This document shows positions 8,643-18,480 of a stretch of 32,000 bases of DNA, piece by piece (positions within the stretch are counted from its first letter, which is position 1; each line of letters starts with the position of its first letter). The notes beneath the pieces were generated by a model. That model was not told the origin of the DNA, ran no database searches, and worked only from the letters and a program-made list of their open reading frames with translations. The stretch is from assembly GCF_051097895.1 (NCBI RefSeq), contig NZ_CP142525.1, forward strand, positions 1,770,001 through 1,802,000, written 5' to 3'. A program made the position numbers and the translations under genes. The DNA comes from Psychrobacter sp. HD31. GTDB lineage: Bacteria > Pseudomonadota > Gammaproteobacteria > Pseudomonadales > Moraxellaceae.

Positions 8643-9350
8643 ATGCAAAGTTTTGATGTTGCGCTTTGCCATGTTTTGGCAGAAAACAAAGGCAAACGAG
8701 TTGTCTCTTTTTATCATGAGGGGCAAAAATATTGGCTAAAACAGGTAGAGCAACAAAAAGGGGCTGAAAAATTTTTAAAGCCATTTCCTGCTAAAGCCAT
8801 ACAAGTAGAAATCAAACGTTTAAAATGGTTGAATCTACGTCATGTACCTACCGCAAAATTAGTTTGCTCGGGAGATGACTATTTTGTAACGACTGATGTA
8901 GGCGATTGTATCAGTCGTTTATTACAAAAAAATGATATAGAGGAAGATAAAAAACAACAGGTGATTGCCCAAGCGGCGCAAAAACTGGCTGAGCTACACA
9001 ATCAAAACTTAGTGCATGGTCGCCCAGCAATACGCGATATTACGTATCTCAATAATCAGGTTTATTTTATTGATTTTGAAGCAAAAAGTTTGTTTAGTAA
9101 TCTGTATTATCAAAAACGTCGGGATGTGATTGTTTTCTTTTATAGTATGTTTCAGGCAAAATTAGATGAAAAATACATCCGTATGGCTATGCAAAGTTAT
9201 GCAAAAACCAATCCAGAAAATTGGCAAGCATCGCTCAAGTTATTAAAAAGATTAAGTTTTATTTATTATATCTGCTTACCCTTTAAACCGGTTGCCAAGT
9301 CAGACCTAATCTCCATATATGGGTTGTTTGAGTTGCTTTTAAACAAGTAG
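8643..9350 (+). CDS. Protein-kinase-fold protein (Kdo/LPS-kinase or RIO-like family), atypical catalytic loop
   Basis: 235 aa. The segment LVHGRPAIRDITYLNNQVYFIDFE aligns to the HGDLxxxN...IDFD catalytic and Mg-binding loops of small bacterial kinases, but reads HGR...D. The family assignment is tentative. Confidence 0.5.
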   Translation: MQSFDVALCHVLAENKGKRVVSFYHEGQKYWLKQVEQQKGAEKFLKPFPAKAIQVEIKRLKWLNLRHVPTAKLVCSGDDYFVTTDVGDCISRLLQKNDIEEDKKQQVIAQAAQKLAELHNQNLVHGRPAIRDITYLNNQVYFIDFEAKSLFSNLYYQKRRDVIVFFYSMFQAKLDEKYIRMAMQSYAKTNPENWQASLKLLKRLSFIYYICLPFKPVAKSDLISIYGLFELLLNK

Positions 9351-9360
9351 CAGCAGGGCA

Positions 9361-9447
9361 GCTTAACCGAAAGACTATTTTATATATCGTTTTAACTATG
9401 CCACAACTGGCAAAAAGTTAATGGATAAGTAGTGCTATCGGTTAAGC
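9361..9447. repeat. Long inverted repeat / hairpin between convergent genes
   Basis: GCTTAACCGA (9361-9370) and TCGGTTAAGC (9438-9447) are perfect 10-bp complements. The stem can extend imperfectly (AGACTA / TAGTGCT). The loop is about 55 nt. Confidence 0.4.
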
Positions 9448-9476
9448 AAGTCACTGTTAGTTTTAATAAACTGCTT

Positions 9477-11897
9477 TTACACAGGGTTTTGGTTTGATGT
9501 GACATCAACAAAGCCAACACCCAGCTCTAACACTTCAATATCTGTTGCTTTTGCCTTAATTTCAAATGGTTCTATGACAATATTGTCAACATGATATTGA
9601 GCTGATAGAGCGTCTATCCGTAGACGTTCGTTTGCTTGCAATGCGTTCATCTCATCTTTTAAAAGCTCAATTTGTGATTCGATTTCTGCAACTTTTTCAC
9701 GCCTATCACCAATTCTGCCTACTTTATTCATGGCAGTTTTCATGCGGCGTGCGTTGGTAACGCTTAGTTTTTTACGGCTACGGAACAACCCAGTCAGAGC
9801 AGAGCCGATACTTAATCCAGCATCCATCCACCCGCCAGAAGCTTTATCTTCAGCATCCGTTAGTTTTTTTTCTAAACTTATTTGTTTTTTTTCTAACTTG
9901 GTAGTACTTTTGGTAATCTCTTCTTTAATTGCTTTAATGGCAATATCACGTGCCTCATGCAAAGGCGTAACCAAACGATTTTTAAAGGTGGTGGCTTCTT
10001 CACCCACCTCACTATAAATTTTTAGTTCGGGCGCGTACCACAAGGTTAGTTGGTGTTGTTGTCGAATATATTGACTCAGTTTTTTGTGCCATGCTTTCCA
10101 TATTTTTTCATCTTGTAAGCTGGCTGGCGTGTCTTTATATACCGCAGGCTGGTGTGGCGTTTTTTGAAGTTGGTTCCAGCTGAGTGGTAATGGTTTTGCA
10201 TTGTGCCAGTCAAGTTCGTCATCTACTAAGTGACACTGCAATGCATAGTTAAGGTGTTCGTTCGTGTCAGACTTCGTATCGTCATAAAAAGCCCTGACAT
10301 GTGCCAAAATTATGGGTTGATAATCGGTGGCATTGCCATGCGCTTTTGGTACGGTTGGCAGATACCAGCTTTCTATATTGGGTGCAAGCACAGGCGTGCT
10401 GTTATTAACCAGTGGCGTTGCTTTTGTATTTGCTTTGCTTTGTTTTGTATCTGTTTTAGTGGCAACTGAGGTTGCATTCGTTTTTGATTGGCGTTGTGCC
10501 GTTAACGTTTTAATTGCCGTTTTACTTAAAGGACCTGCTAAATAGCTCATTGCCCAGCGGGTTTTGAAAATGAGTGGGGCACTGGCATGTACATTGTGTA
10601 GTAAAAACTGACGCTTGCCTAATTGATCAAACCAGTCATCTAATTGAGCTTTAGTTAAACCGCCATCACCAGCACTGAGTAAGCCTTCTGTTACTCTGGC
10701 TCTGTCTTGAGCAGTTTGCAGGCGACCAATTAGCCAAGTACCAGCATTAGATAAGGCTTTGTAATCTAAATCAATTGGGTTTTGAGTGGATAATACAACA
10801 CCAACACCAAACGCACGTGCTTGCTTTAGTAGCAATAACAACAAACGTTTACTTGGTGGGTTAGCCGTTGGTGGTAAGTACCCAACAACTTCATCCATGT
10901 AAAGAATGGCTCGCAAAGTTGATGTACCTTGCTGGCGACGCATCCAATTAATTAAGTTATTAAGCAACAGGGTAATAAAAAACATGCGTTCTTCATCATT
11001 AAGATGAGCAATGTTAAGTACGCTGGTTTGAGGGCGATTGTTGTCGCCATAAAGCAGGCGGTTGGTATCTAGCGGTACGCCAGTAAGCCAACTGGCAAAA
11101 CTGGGTGAGGCAATTAATGTATTTAACTTCATCGCTAGAGATTGACGTGCTTTTTCACTCACCACATTGTCTAGTGGCAGTATGCCAACTTTATCAAATG
11201 GTGGATTTAGCATTTGCCCAATTAAGTCTGCCAGTGTGAGTGTTTGGTCGTTATCCCACGCTGTTTTAAGGATTTGTACTAAAAATACATGCTCAGAAGA
11301 TAAAGAGTCTGCCTCAATACCAATCAAACCGAGTAAACCACTAACGGTTGCATCTAAGCTTTCAGCGTAAGCCTCGGCATCGTTTCGGATGGCTTTTGGT
11401 GGTGGTGAAAATTCACTCAACAAGGCAATTGGTATACCTGACTTACTGCCAGGTGTATAAAGAGTGACCTCATTGCCATTTTTAAGTGCTTGCTGACGGC
11501 TAGCAGGTTGCCCACTTGCGTTTAGTCCAGTGTCCCAAAGTTTGGCGGTTTTTTCTGCCAGTGCTTCTGTTGTTAGCCCTTGTGAGGCAGCAACACCGGC
11601 ATCTAACCAAGGGGCAAAGTCTTGCGCTTTACGCTGTGGAAAGTTTAAAGCCAAGTTTCCAAGATCGCCTTTTGGGTCGATGGCAATAACAGGGATGTTG
11701 TCTAAACTGGCTTCTTCTAACAACCCGATGCCTAAACCTGTTTTACCCGAGCCAGTCATACCAATAATAACGGCATGGGTGGTTAAATCTGCTGCATCAT
11801 ATAGCGTGGCTTGCTCTGCTTTTGTTTTTGGAAGTAAGGTTGTGCCTAGGTAAAATTCGCCGAGTTTTTCACTAAATTGTGGTGTCGTTGTTGCCAT
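9477..11897 (-). CDS. HerA/FtsK-like (DUF87/DUF853-type) P-loop ATPase with uncharacterised coiled-coil C-terminal half
   Basis: Walker A IIGMTGSGKTGLG, Walker B-like AILYMDEV and the downstream VLSTQNPIDLDYK block are typical of HerA-like ATPases. The ORF runs to 11906, but the ATG at 11897 (MATTTPQF) has AAGGA 8 nt upstream. The C-terminal ~340 aa contain a T/K/S/N-rich linker and heptad-like segments. Confidence 0.75.
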   Translation of the reverse strand: MATTTPQFSEKLGEFYLGTTLLPKTKAEQATLYDAADLTTHAVIIGMTGSGKTGLGIGLLEEASLDNIPVIAIDPKGDLGNLALNFPQRKAQDFAPWLDAGVAASQGLTTEALAEKTAKLWDTGLNASGQPASRQQALKNGNEVTLYTPGSKSGIPIALLSEFSPPPKAIRNDAEAYAESLDATVSGLLGLIGIEADSLSSEHVFLVQILKTAWDNDQTLTLADLIGQMLNPPFDKVGILPLDNVVSEKARQSLAMKLNTLIASPSFASWLTGVPLDTNRLLYGDNNRPQTSVLNIAHLNDEERMFFITLLLNNLINWMRRQQGTSTLRAILYMDEVVGYLPPTANPPSKRLLLLLLKQARAFGVGVVLSTQNPIDLDYKALSNAGTWLIGRLQTAQDRARVTEGLLSAGDGGLTKAQLDDWFDQLGKRQFLLHNVHASAPLIFKTRWAMSYLAGPLSKTAIKTLTAQRQSKTNATSVATKTDTKQSKANTKATPLVNNSTPVLAPNIESWYLPTVPKAHGNATDYQPIILAHVRAFYDDTKSDTNEHLNYALQCHLVDDELDWHNAKPLPLSWNQLQKTPHQPAVYKDTPASLQDEKIWKAWHKKLSQYIRQQHQLTLWYAPELKIYSEVGEEATTFKNRLVTPLHEARDIAIKAIKEEITKSTTKLEKKQISLEKKLTDAEDKASGGWMDAGLSIGSALTGLFRSRKKLSVTNARRMKTAMNKVGRIGDRREKVAEIESQIELLKDEMNALQANERLRIDALSAQYHVDNIVIEPFEIKAKATDIEVLELGVGFVDVTSNQNPV

Positions 11898-11994
11898 GTT
11901 ATACATCCTTAATAATTTTTGTTATTTATGTGGTGACTAAAAAATAGGTGAAAATTTTATGGGAGAGGGTAGCTACAGTATATCGCCTACTTCT

Positions 11995-12028
11995 AATAAT
12001 AAAGTACAAGCTGGGCGTATAGCCCAGC
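11995..12028 (-). terminator. Terminator after parC
   Basis: GCTGGGC-GTATA-GCCCAGC (12010-12028). On the minus strand it is followed by the T-rich sequence TTGTACTTTATTATT. Confidence 0.6.
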
Positions 12029-12038
12029 AATTAAGTGT

Positions 12039-14321
12039 CTAAACCACCTCAACACTATCTACATTTTGAAAGCCCCTTGGCAATTTAGAACCACGGCTAC
12101 CGCGTTTGCCCGTAAAGTTCGTCAAATCCATTGGTTTCAGGGTGACATGGCGTTTACCTGCATTAATAACCAAATTGTTTGTGTGGTGCAAGGTGCAAAC
12201 GGATAATACCGACTCTCCAGCTTTAAGATTAATAAGCTTATTACCCTTACCACGTTTTAGCTCTGGCAAATCGTCTAACCCAAACAGCAATAGATAACCA
12301 GCAGACGTTATCACCGCTACTTGGTCATGTGCTGGCATTACACGCTCATCCACTGTGATATCTTTGTCTTGAATATTAACAACATTCAATAAATTAACAC
12401 CATCGGCAAAGTTAATGATGTTTTTGCCTGCTTTTTGGTTGGTGTCTAAGTTTTCTATTGTATTAATAAAACCATAACCTGCCGAGCTGGCAAGTAAGAT
12501 ACGCTGAGCGGCATCACCGGTGAGCAACTGCTCAAAGTTTGCACCAGCAGCCGGCTTTAATACACTGGTTAATGGATCGCCTTGCCCACGTGCCGAAGGC
12601 AAAGTATGGGCAGCAATGGTATAGCTGCGACCTGTGCTATCTAAAATGTATATTTTTTCGTTAGATTTGCCATTTACATGCGCTTGATAGCTGTCGCCTG
12701 CACGGTAGTTCATACCTTGTGCATCAATGTCATGCCCTTTTGCAGCACGTATCCACCCTGCTTTAGATAAGATGGCGGTAATTGGCTCGCTTGGTACAAG
12801 GTCAGACTCTTTTAGTGCCTGCGCTTCTTCACGCTCCATAAGCGGAGACATTCTCTCATCGCCGTGTTCTTTCATATCGGCGGTTAGCTCATCAATCATC
12901 AGTGCTGTTAAACTGGCTGGGTTATTCAGCTTCTCTAAAATGTCGGCACGTTCTTTTTCTAATTCAGCTTGCTCACGTTTAAGCTCTATCTCTTCTAACT
13001 TAGCTAACTGACGTAGGCGTATGTCCAAAATCGCATTTGCTTGAATCTCTGTTAAATCAAAACGTGTCATCAATTCAAGTTTTGGGTCATCTTCTTCTCG
13101 GATTATGCGGATAACTTCGTCAATATTTAAATAAGCAATCAACAAACCTGCCAAAATGTGTAAACGGCTGTCTATTTTATCAAGCCTAAATTGTAAACGG
13201 CGGGTGACAACGTTGCGGCGGCTTATTAACCATTCAGACAATATTTGTTTTAAGTTTTTAACTTGTGGTTTGCCGTTGAGTCCAATCATGTTTAAATTAA
13301 CACGATAATTGTGCTCTAAATCGGTGCTAGCAAACAGGTGGCTCATGACACGGGTAACATCCACTCGGCTAGAGCGGAGTGTTAACACAATACGGCAAGG
13401 GTTTTGGTGATCGCTTTCATCATTAATATCGGTCACCCAAGGCAGTTTTTTGTCTGTCATTAGCTTGGCAATTTGCTCTTGGATTTTATTACCCGATACT
13501 TGATAGGGTAGCGCACTAATAATCACTTGAGTTTTATCTTTGGGATCCAGCTCATAGACAGCACGCATTTTATAGCTGCCTTTGCCCGTTTCATAAATGG
13601 TTTGTAACGCAGCTTTTGAGGTAATGATTTCTGCCTTAGTTGGTAAGTCTGGCGCGGGGATAGACTGAGTTAGCTGTTTAACACTTAACTCTGGATTTTT
13701 TAACAGACGAATCGCAGCTTTTACCACTTCTTTTAAATTGTGTGGCGGTATGTCGGTTGCCATACCAACGGCAATACCTGTTGTGCCATTTAGTAAAATG
13801 TTTGGTAGGCGAGCAGGGAGCGTGACAGGCTCTTGTATTGAGCCATCAAAGTTGTCTTGCCAATCAACCGTGCCTTGTCCCAGTTCTGTTAGTAAAGTGT
13901 TGGCATAGGCAGACATTTTAGCTTCGGTATAACGCATGGCAGCAAATGATTTTGGGTCATCTGGGCTACCCCAGTTGCCTTGCCCTGTAATGAGTGGGTA
14001 GCGATAACTAAAGGGCTGTGCCATGAGTACCATTGCCTCATAACAAGCGGTGTCGCCATGCGGATGATATTTACCTAAAACATCACCCACCGTACGGGCA
14101 GATTTTTTAGGTTTTGCAGTTGCCTTCAGCCCAAGTTCACTCATGGCATAAACAATGCGGCGTTGAACCGGTTTTAAACCATCACTTATGTGAGGTAGGG
14201 CTCTATCCATGATGACATACATGGCATAGTTTAAATAAGATTGTTCGGTAAATTCGGCAACCGAGCGGTTATCTAGGCTATCAAATGCAGGCGTAGAGTT
14301 CGGCGTAATCGTATCGGGCAT
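12039..14321 (-). CDS. parC: DNA topoisomerase IV subunit A
   Basis: Near-identical blocks to E. coli ParC: [55 protein letters not shown] (catalytic Tyr) and [29 protein letters not shown]. The start is trimmed from 14372 to the ATG at 14321 (MPDTITP). Confidence 0.95.
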   Translation of the reverse strand: MPDTITPNSTPAFDSLDNRSVAEFTEQSYLNYAMYVIMDRALPHISDGLKPVQRRIVYAMSELGLKATAKPKKSARTVGDVLGKYHPHGDTACYEAMVLMAQPFSYRYPLITGQGNWGSPDDPKSFAAMRYTEAKMSAYANTLLTELGQGTVDWQDNFDGSIQEPVTLPARLPNILLNGTTGIAVGMATDIPPHNLKEVVKAAIRLLKNPELSVKQLTQSIPAPDLPTKAEIITSKAALQTIYETGKGSYKMRAVYELDPKDKTQVIISALPYQVSGNKIQEQIAKLMTDKKLPWVTDINDESDHQNPCRIVLTLRSSRVDVTRVMSHLFASTDLEHNYRVNLNMIGLNGKPQVKNLKQILSEWLISRRNVVTRRLQFRLDKIDSRLHILAGLLIAYLNIDEVIRIIREEDDPKLELMTRFDLTEIQANAILDIRLRQLAKLEEIELKREQAELEKERADILEKLNNPASLTALMIDELTADMKEHGDERMSPLMEREEAQALKESDLVPSEPITAILSKAGWIRAAKGHDIDAQGMNYRAGDSYQAHVNGKSNEKIYILDSTGRSYTIAAHTLPSARGQGDPLTSVLKPAAGANFEQLLTGDAAQRILLASSAGYGFINTIENLDTNQKAGKNIINFADGVNLLNVVNIQDKDITVDERVMPAHDQVAVITSAGYLLLFGLDDLPELKRGKGNKLINLKAGESVLSVCTLHHTNNLVINAGKRHVTLKPMDLTNFTGKRGSRGSKLPRGFQNVDSVEVV

Positions 14322-14578
14322 TAAAAAGTATTCCAAAAAAGCGAATGTAAGGTAAATGGTGAAAAATACCATTTATAATAGCAAAAAAGTGATTTAAATA
14401 GGTAAAAACGCAAGAAGATTTATATACTTGGGTCATTTTTCTGTTTTGAAATTTGCTGTTTTTTAGTGTATTTTAACAACTGCAAATATTTTGATATTTC
14501 TAATTATTATTTTAAGCACATAACTTGTTTGAAAAACTGTGAGTTATTTGCAATTTTAAATTGAAGGATTTACTGATC

Positions 14579-16321
14579 ATGAATGCAACTCAAGATACAA
14601 ATGCTTACAGCATTAACTCGCCAAAAGATAGAGCTTGGTACAAGGTTTATGAGGCCACTGGTATGAAAGATGCCATTGATATGCCCCCTCAAAACACCTC
14701 ACTAATAGAAATTTATGAAGGCATTTTTGCGCGTTATCCAAACCGAGTTGCATTTGAATGTATGGGCGCAAGTATGACGTATCGTGAGTTAGATACCTAC
14801 AGTCGTCAAATGGCTGCTTATATCCAATCATTAGGGTTAGGTAAGGGTGATAAAATTGCGTTAATGATGCCAAATGTATTGCAGTACCCAATTACCATGA
14901 TTGGTATTTTGCGTGCAGGCTGTACCTTGGTTAATGTGAATCCGCTTTATACTGAGCATGAGCTAGAGCATCAATTGGCAGACTCTGAAGCAAAAGCAAT
15001 CTTTATTATTGAAAACTTTGCACATACTTTTGAAGAAGTTGAAGACAAAGGATTAATTGAACATGTGGTTGTTGCCAGTATGGGCGATATGATGGGCATG
15101 TTTAAAGGGTTTATTGTCAATACTGTTGTACGCAAAGTCAAAAAAATGGTACCAGCGTGGAATTTGCCAGGTCATGTTACCTTTAAAGCGGCATTAAATA
15201 AGTTTCCTGCTAGTAAATACAACCGCCCAACAGATTTAACACTCAGTGATTTAGCAGTATTGCAATACACAGGGGGTACAACAGGGGTTGCAAAAGGCGC
15301 CATGTTAACACATGGTAATTTAGTAGCTAATTTGTATCAGGCAATGAGTTATGTAGAAACTGGCTTCCCTGAAAGTGAAAGTACAGAAGGGTACAATATT
15401 TTAGTTGCTTTGCCACTTTATCATATTTTCTGCTTTACAGTTTGTGGCTTAATGGCAATGGAAAAGGGCTTTACGGGTGTGTTAATCCCTAACCCACGTG
15501 ATTTAGATGGTTTGGTAAAAGAAATAGATAAATATAAGCCGGTGTTTATGCCAGCGGTTAACACCTTATTTAACGGCTTAGCGCATCATGAAGGTTTTTG
15601 TAAGTTAGACCACTCAAATTTAAGAGTGTCACTTGGTGGTGGCATGTCAGTATTGTCTAACACAGCTAAAGAATGGAAAGCAATTACAGGCACCCCAATT
15701 TTAGAAGGGTATGGTTTGTCAGAAACCTCACCTGTATTAACCATGACTCCACCTAAGTTAAATAAATACACAGGTAACATTGGTATCCCAGCACCGGCAA
15801 CAGATATTATCTTGTTAGATGATGATGGTAATGAAGTGCCACAGGGTGAGCGTGGCGAGCTGTCGGCAAAAGGTCCTCAGGTGATGGCAGGTTATTGGAA
15901 ACGCCCAGAAGCCACTGCCAAAGATATGACAGAAGATGGGTACTTCCGTACTGGTGATATTGCAATTATGGATGAAGAGGGCTTCTTTAAAATTGTTGAC
16001 CGTAAAAAAGATATGATTTTGGTATCTGGTTTTAATGTGTATCCTAATGAAGTTGAAGATGCCATGACAGAACATCCTAAAATTAAAGAATGTGGTGTGA
16101 TTGGTTTACCAGATGAAAAAAGCGGAGAGACACCAAAAATCTTTATTGTAAAAGCGGATGAAAGCTTGACAGAGGCAGAAGTAAAAGCCTTTGCTAAGGA
16201 GCATCTAACAGGTTACAAACGCCCACGCTATATTGAGTTTATTGACGAGTTGCCAAAATCAAATGTTGGTAAAATTTTACGTAAAGACTTGCGTGAACTA
16301 GAAGAAGCTAAACATAAATAG
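14579..16321 (+). CDS. fadD: Long-chain-fatty-acid--CoA ligase
   Basis: AMP-binding motif YTGGTTGVAKGAMLTH, plus GYGLSETSP and TGDIAIMDEEGFFKIVDRKKD. The protein is colinear with E. coli FadD (LMMPNVLQYP, NVNPLYT.HELEHQL). I prefer the ATG at 14579 over the TTG at 14561. Confidence 0.9.
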   Translation: MNATQDTNAYSINSPKDRAWYKVYEATGMKDAIDMPPQNTSLIEIYEGIFARYPNRVAFECMGASMTYRELDTYSRQMAAYIQSLGLGKGDKIALMMPNVLQYPITMIGILRAGCTLVNVNPLYTEHELEHQLADSEAKAIFIIENFAHTFEEVEDKGLIEHVVVASMGDMMGMFKGFIVNTVVRKVKKMVPAWNLPGHVTFKAALNKFPASKYNRPTDLTLSDLAVLQYTGGTTGVAKGAMLTHGNLVANLYQAMSYVETGFPESESTEGYNILVALPLYHIFCFTVCGLMAMEKGFTGVLIPNPRDLDGLVKEIDKYKPVFMPAVNTLFNGLAHHEGFCKLDHSNLRVSLGGGMSVLSNTAKEWKAITGTPILEGYGLSETSPVLTMTPPKLNKYTGNIGIPAPATDIILLDDDGNEVPQGERGELSAKGPQVMAGYWKRPEATAKDMTEDGYFRTGDIAIMDEEGFFKIVDRKKDMILVSGFNVYPNEVEDAMTEHPKIKECGVIGLPDEKSGETPKIFIVKADESLTEAEVKAFAKEHLTGYKRPRYIEFIDELPKSNVGKILRKDLRELEEAKHK

Positions 16322-16340
16322 ACCGCCTTATGTTGATATA

Positions 16341-16380
16341 AAAAAGCATCAAACTCAATTTTGGTGCTTTTTTATTTTTT
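16341..16380 (+). terminator. Rho-independent terminator after fadD
   Basis: AAAAAGCATCAAA-(6 nt)-TTTGGTGCTTTTTTATTTTTT. The stem has one G-U pair and is followed by a long T-run. Confidence 0.75.
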
Positions 16381-16495
16381 GAAACATCTTAACAATATGT
16401 TTTTTGGTTTTACCTTGCCTTATGATGTGAGTATGGTTAGGATAAATAATCATTGAACTAAAATAAATGAATTGTATTTTTTATAGGAACAATAA

Positions 16496-17224
16496 ATGTC
16501 TCGCATTGATAATCGTCAATTAAATGAACTTCGTAACATCACTTTTGAACGCAACTACACAAAACACGCAGAAGGTTCTGTACTTGTTAGTTTTGGTGAT
16601 ACAAAAGTGTTGTGTAATGCCACGGTTGAGTCTGGCGTGCCTCGTTGGCTAAAAGGGCAAGGCAAAGGCTGGGTAACCGCAGAATATGGCATGTTACCAA
16701 GAGCAACAAACACCCGTACTCAGCGTGAGGCTGCTCGTGGCAAACAAAGTGGGCGCACGCAAGAGATACAAAGATTAATTGGGCGTAGTTTACGTGCGAT
16801 GGTTGATTTAAATAAACTGGGTGAAAATACCATTTATATTGATTGCGATGTGATTCAGGCAGATGGTGGCACACGTACAGCCAGTATTACAGGTGCAGCC
16901 GTTGCATTGGTTGATGCTATAGAAAGCATGCAAGCACGAGAAGGTAAAAAACAATTAAAGACAGATCCATTACTTGGATTAGTAGCGGCAGTTTCTGTTG
17001 GCGTAAAAGATGGCGAAGTATTGCTTGATTTGTGTTATCAAGAAGACTCAAGCTGTGATACAGACTTAAATGTTGTGATGACACAAAAAGGTGAGTTTAT
17101 TGAGATACAAGGCACTGCAGAAGAAAAACCCTTTACCCGTGCACAAGCCGATCAAATGTTAGCAATTGCCGAAACAGGTATTGCCCAATTGGTAGAAATG
17201 CAACAACAAGTATTGGGTTGGTAG
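16496..17224 (+). CDS. rph: Ribonuclease PH
   Basis: 242 aa. Motifs [28 protein letters not shown]-type N-terminus, [29 protein letters not shown] and [14 protein letters not shown]. Confidence 0.95.
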   Translation: MSRIDNRQLNELRNITFERNYTKHAEGSVLVSFGDTKVLCNATVESGVPRWLKGQGKGWVTAEYGMLPRATNTRTQREAARGKQSGRTQEIQRLIGRSLRAMVDLNKLGENTIYIDCDVIQADGGTRTASITGAAVALVDAIESMQAREGKKQLKTDPLLGLVAAVSVGVKDGEVLLDLCYQEDSSCDTDLNVVMTQKGEFIEIQGTAEEKPFTRAQADQMLAIAETGIAQLVEMQQQVLGW

Positions 17225-17227
17225 CCA

Positions 17228-17719
17228 ATGCTAAAGGTGAATGATAATGGTGTGACGGTAACGCTAACGGGCAAAGGCGTTGGCAGCGGCAATGGCATAT
17301 TTATGTTTGCTTTTGCACTATTAATTGGTGCGGTTGCCGTTGCGGTTGGATTAAGCTCATTGCCAAGACAATGGGCAATTGGCGCATTGGCTTTATTGGT
17401 TATTGGCATGTTTGTGTTTAATGTGTTACGTGGTCGCCAAAAACAACAAAAAGGTATGTATTTAACCAGTGGTGTTTTAGATGTGCGTTATGGATTAGTA
17501 TCAAACTTTAATGGTGGTAGACGGCAAGATGTTGCTGTCTTGGTGGATGATAAGATTGTTAACCATGGTAAACAACTGACGATTTATGATAAAGAGGCAC
17601 AAAAAAAATGTCATATATCGGGGTTTGAATCAGCCAAAGAGGCTCAAATTGTTGAGCAAATTTTGCAAGGGCAAAAACTTGGTAAACGCAATGCAAATAT
17701 TAAAATCCAGTCTACTTAA
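17228..17719 (+). CDS. Hypothetical membrane protein (two predicted TM helices plus a ~90-aa soluble domain)
   Basis: 163-aa ORF whose ATG lies 3 nt after the rph stop, so it is apparently translationally coupled. Hydrophobic segments are IFMFAFALLIGAVAVAVGL and AIGALALLVIGMFVFNVL. I recognise no motif. Confidence 0.6.
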   Translation: MLKVNDNGVTVTLTGKGVGSGNGIFMFAFALLIGAVAVAVGLSSLPRQWAIGALALLVIGMFVFNVLRGRQKQQKGMYLTSGVLDVRYGLVSNFNGGRRQDVAVLVDDKIVNHGKQLTIYDKEAQKKCHISGFESAKEAQIVEQILQGQKLGKRNANIKIQST

Positions 17720-17781
17720 TGTGTTAACAGTGACAATAACCCTAAGCTGAGCATTTTGGTCTCCAGATAGTAGGAAGCGAT

Positions 17782-18402
17782 ATGAAAAAAATAGTTAAAT
17801 TGATGCCTTTGGCTTATTTTTTATCTGGTATGACAATCACGGCACATGCAGATGAGATTGCCGATTTAATTGAGCAGTTAAGTTATCCTAAAACGTCGTC
17901 TTATACAGATTCTCCTACATTCAATCAAGATGCAAATGGGCAGTTTTTTCAAAGTTATCGTTATGCAAGCAACATTAAGCCAGAGCATATCAGCATTGTG
18001 TATCAAGCAGAACAAACCAGTACGCCAGCGGCAGCCGAAGTGCTAAAACAAGCCCGTGTTATGACCTTGGATAATAAAGAAATTATTAAAGGTTCTTGTT
18101 GGGATTATTTAAATGCCGTATTTGGTCGGGCAATGGTAAACAAAGAAAAAGTATTTGTTGGTCAGTATCCACAAGGTCCGTTTATTGATACAAACCATAT
18201 TCAACCAGGCGATTGGCTATATTTTGTTAACCATAGTTATTATGATGGCGAACACAGTGGATTGTTTGTTGGTTGGGTTGATGCCTTTTCAAATAAGGCA
18301 TTAATTTTAAGTTACGCTGGCGAAAACCGACGTGAACCTGCACGGTATAAAGTTTATGATATTTCGCATACTTATACGGTGATGCGACCCAAAATGATAT
18401 AG
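17782..18402 (+). CDS. Secreted protein with an NlpC/P60-like (papain-fold Cys-His) signature
   Basis: Signal peptide MKKIVKLMPLAYFLSGMTITAHA. The pattern GSCWDYLNAVF ... PGDWLYFVNHSYYDGEHSGLFVGW resembles the Cys ... GD-hydrophobic-F ... H-x-G-hydrophobic pattern of NlpC/P60/CHAP hydrolases. Tentative. Confidence 0.45.
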   Translation: MKKIVKLMPLAYFLSGMTITAHADEIADLIEQLSYPKTSSYTDSPTFNQDANGQFFQSYRYASNIKPEHISIVYQAEQTSTPAAAEVLKQARVMTLDNKEIIKGSCWDYLNAVFGRAMVNKEKVFVGQYPQGPFIDTNHIQPGDWLYFVNHSYYDGEHSGLFVGWVDAFSNKALILSYAGENRREPARYKVYDISHTYTVMRPKMI

Positions 18403-18411
18403 CTGTGATAT

Positions 18412-18447
18412 AAAAAGCTCGAGTATTTTGTATACTCGAGCTTTTTT
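18412..18447. terminator. Bidirectional rho-independent terminator (serves the 206-aa gene and bioB)
   Basis: AAAAAGCTCGAGTA-(7 nt)-TACTCGAGCTTTTTT forms a perfect 9-bp GC-containing stem. It is flanked by A5 and T6 runs and sits between convergent genes. Confidence 0.8.
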
Positions 18448-18480
18448 AATGTTAATAAAGTAAATGGGGTATAACCGTGA

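Noticed and set aside
9864-9892. Two A8 tracts on the coding strand (T8 at 9864-9871 and 9885-9892) within a 13-bp direct repeat GTTTTTTTTCTAA spaced 21 bp apart. They lie inside the HerA-like ATPase gene and could be a slipped-strand phase-variation switch.
   Set aside because: They encode a repeated heptad (LEKKQIS / LEKKLTD) of a coiled coil. An identical-length A8 run occurs in ccmE (3420-3427), so such runs look like a by-product of Lys-Lys codons in an A+T-rich genome. Eight nucleotides is also at the lower limit for phase variation. Only population sequencing could revive this idea.
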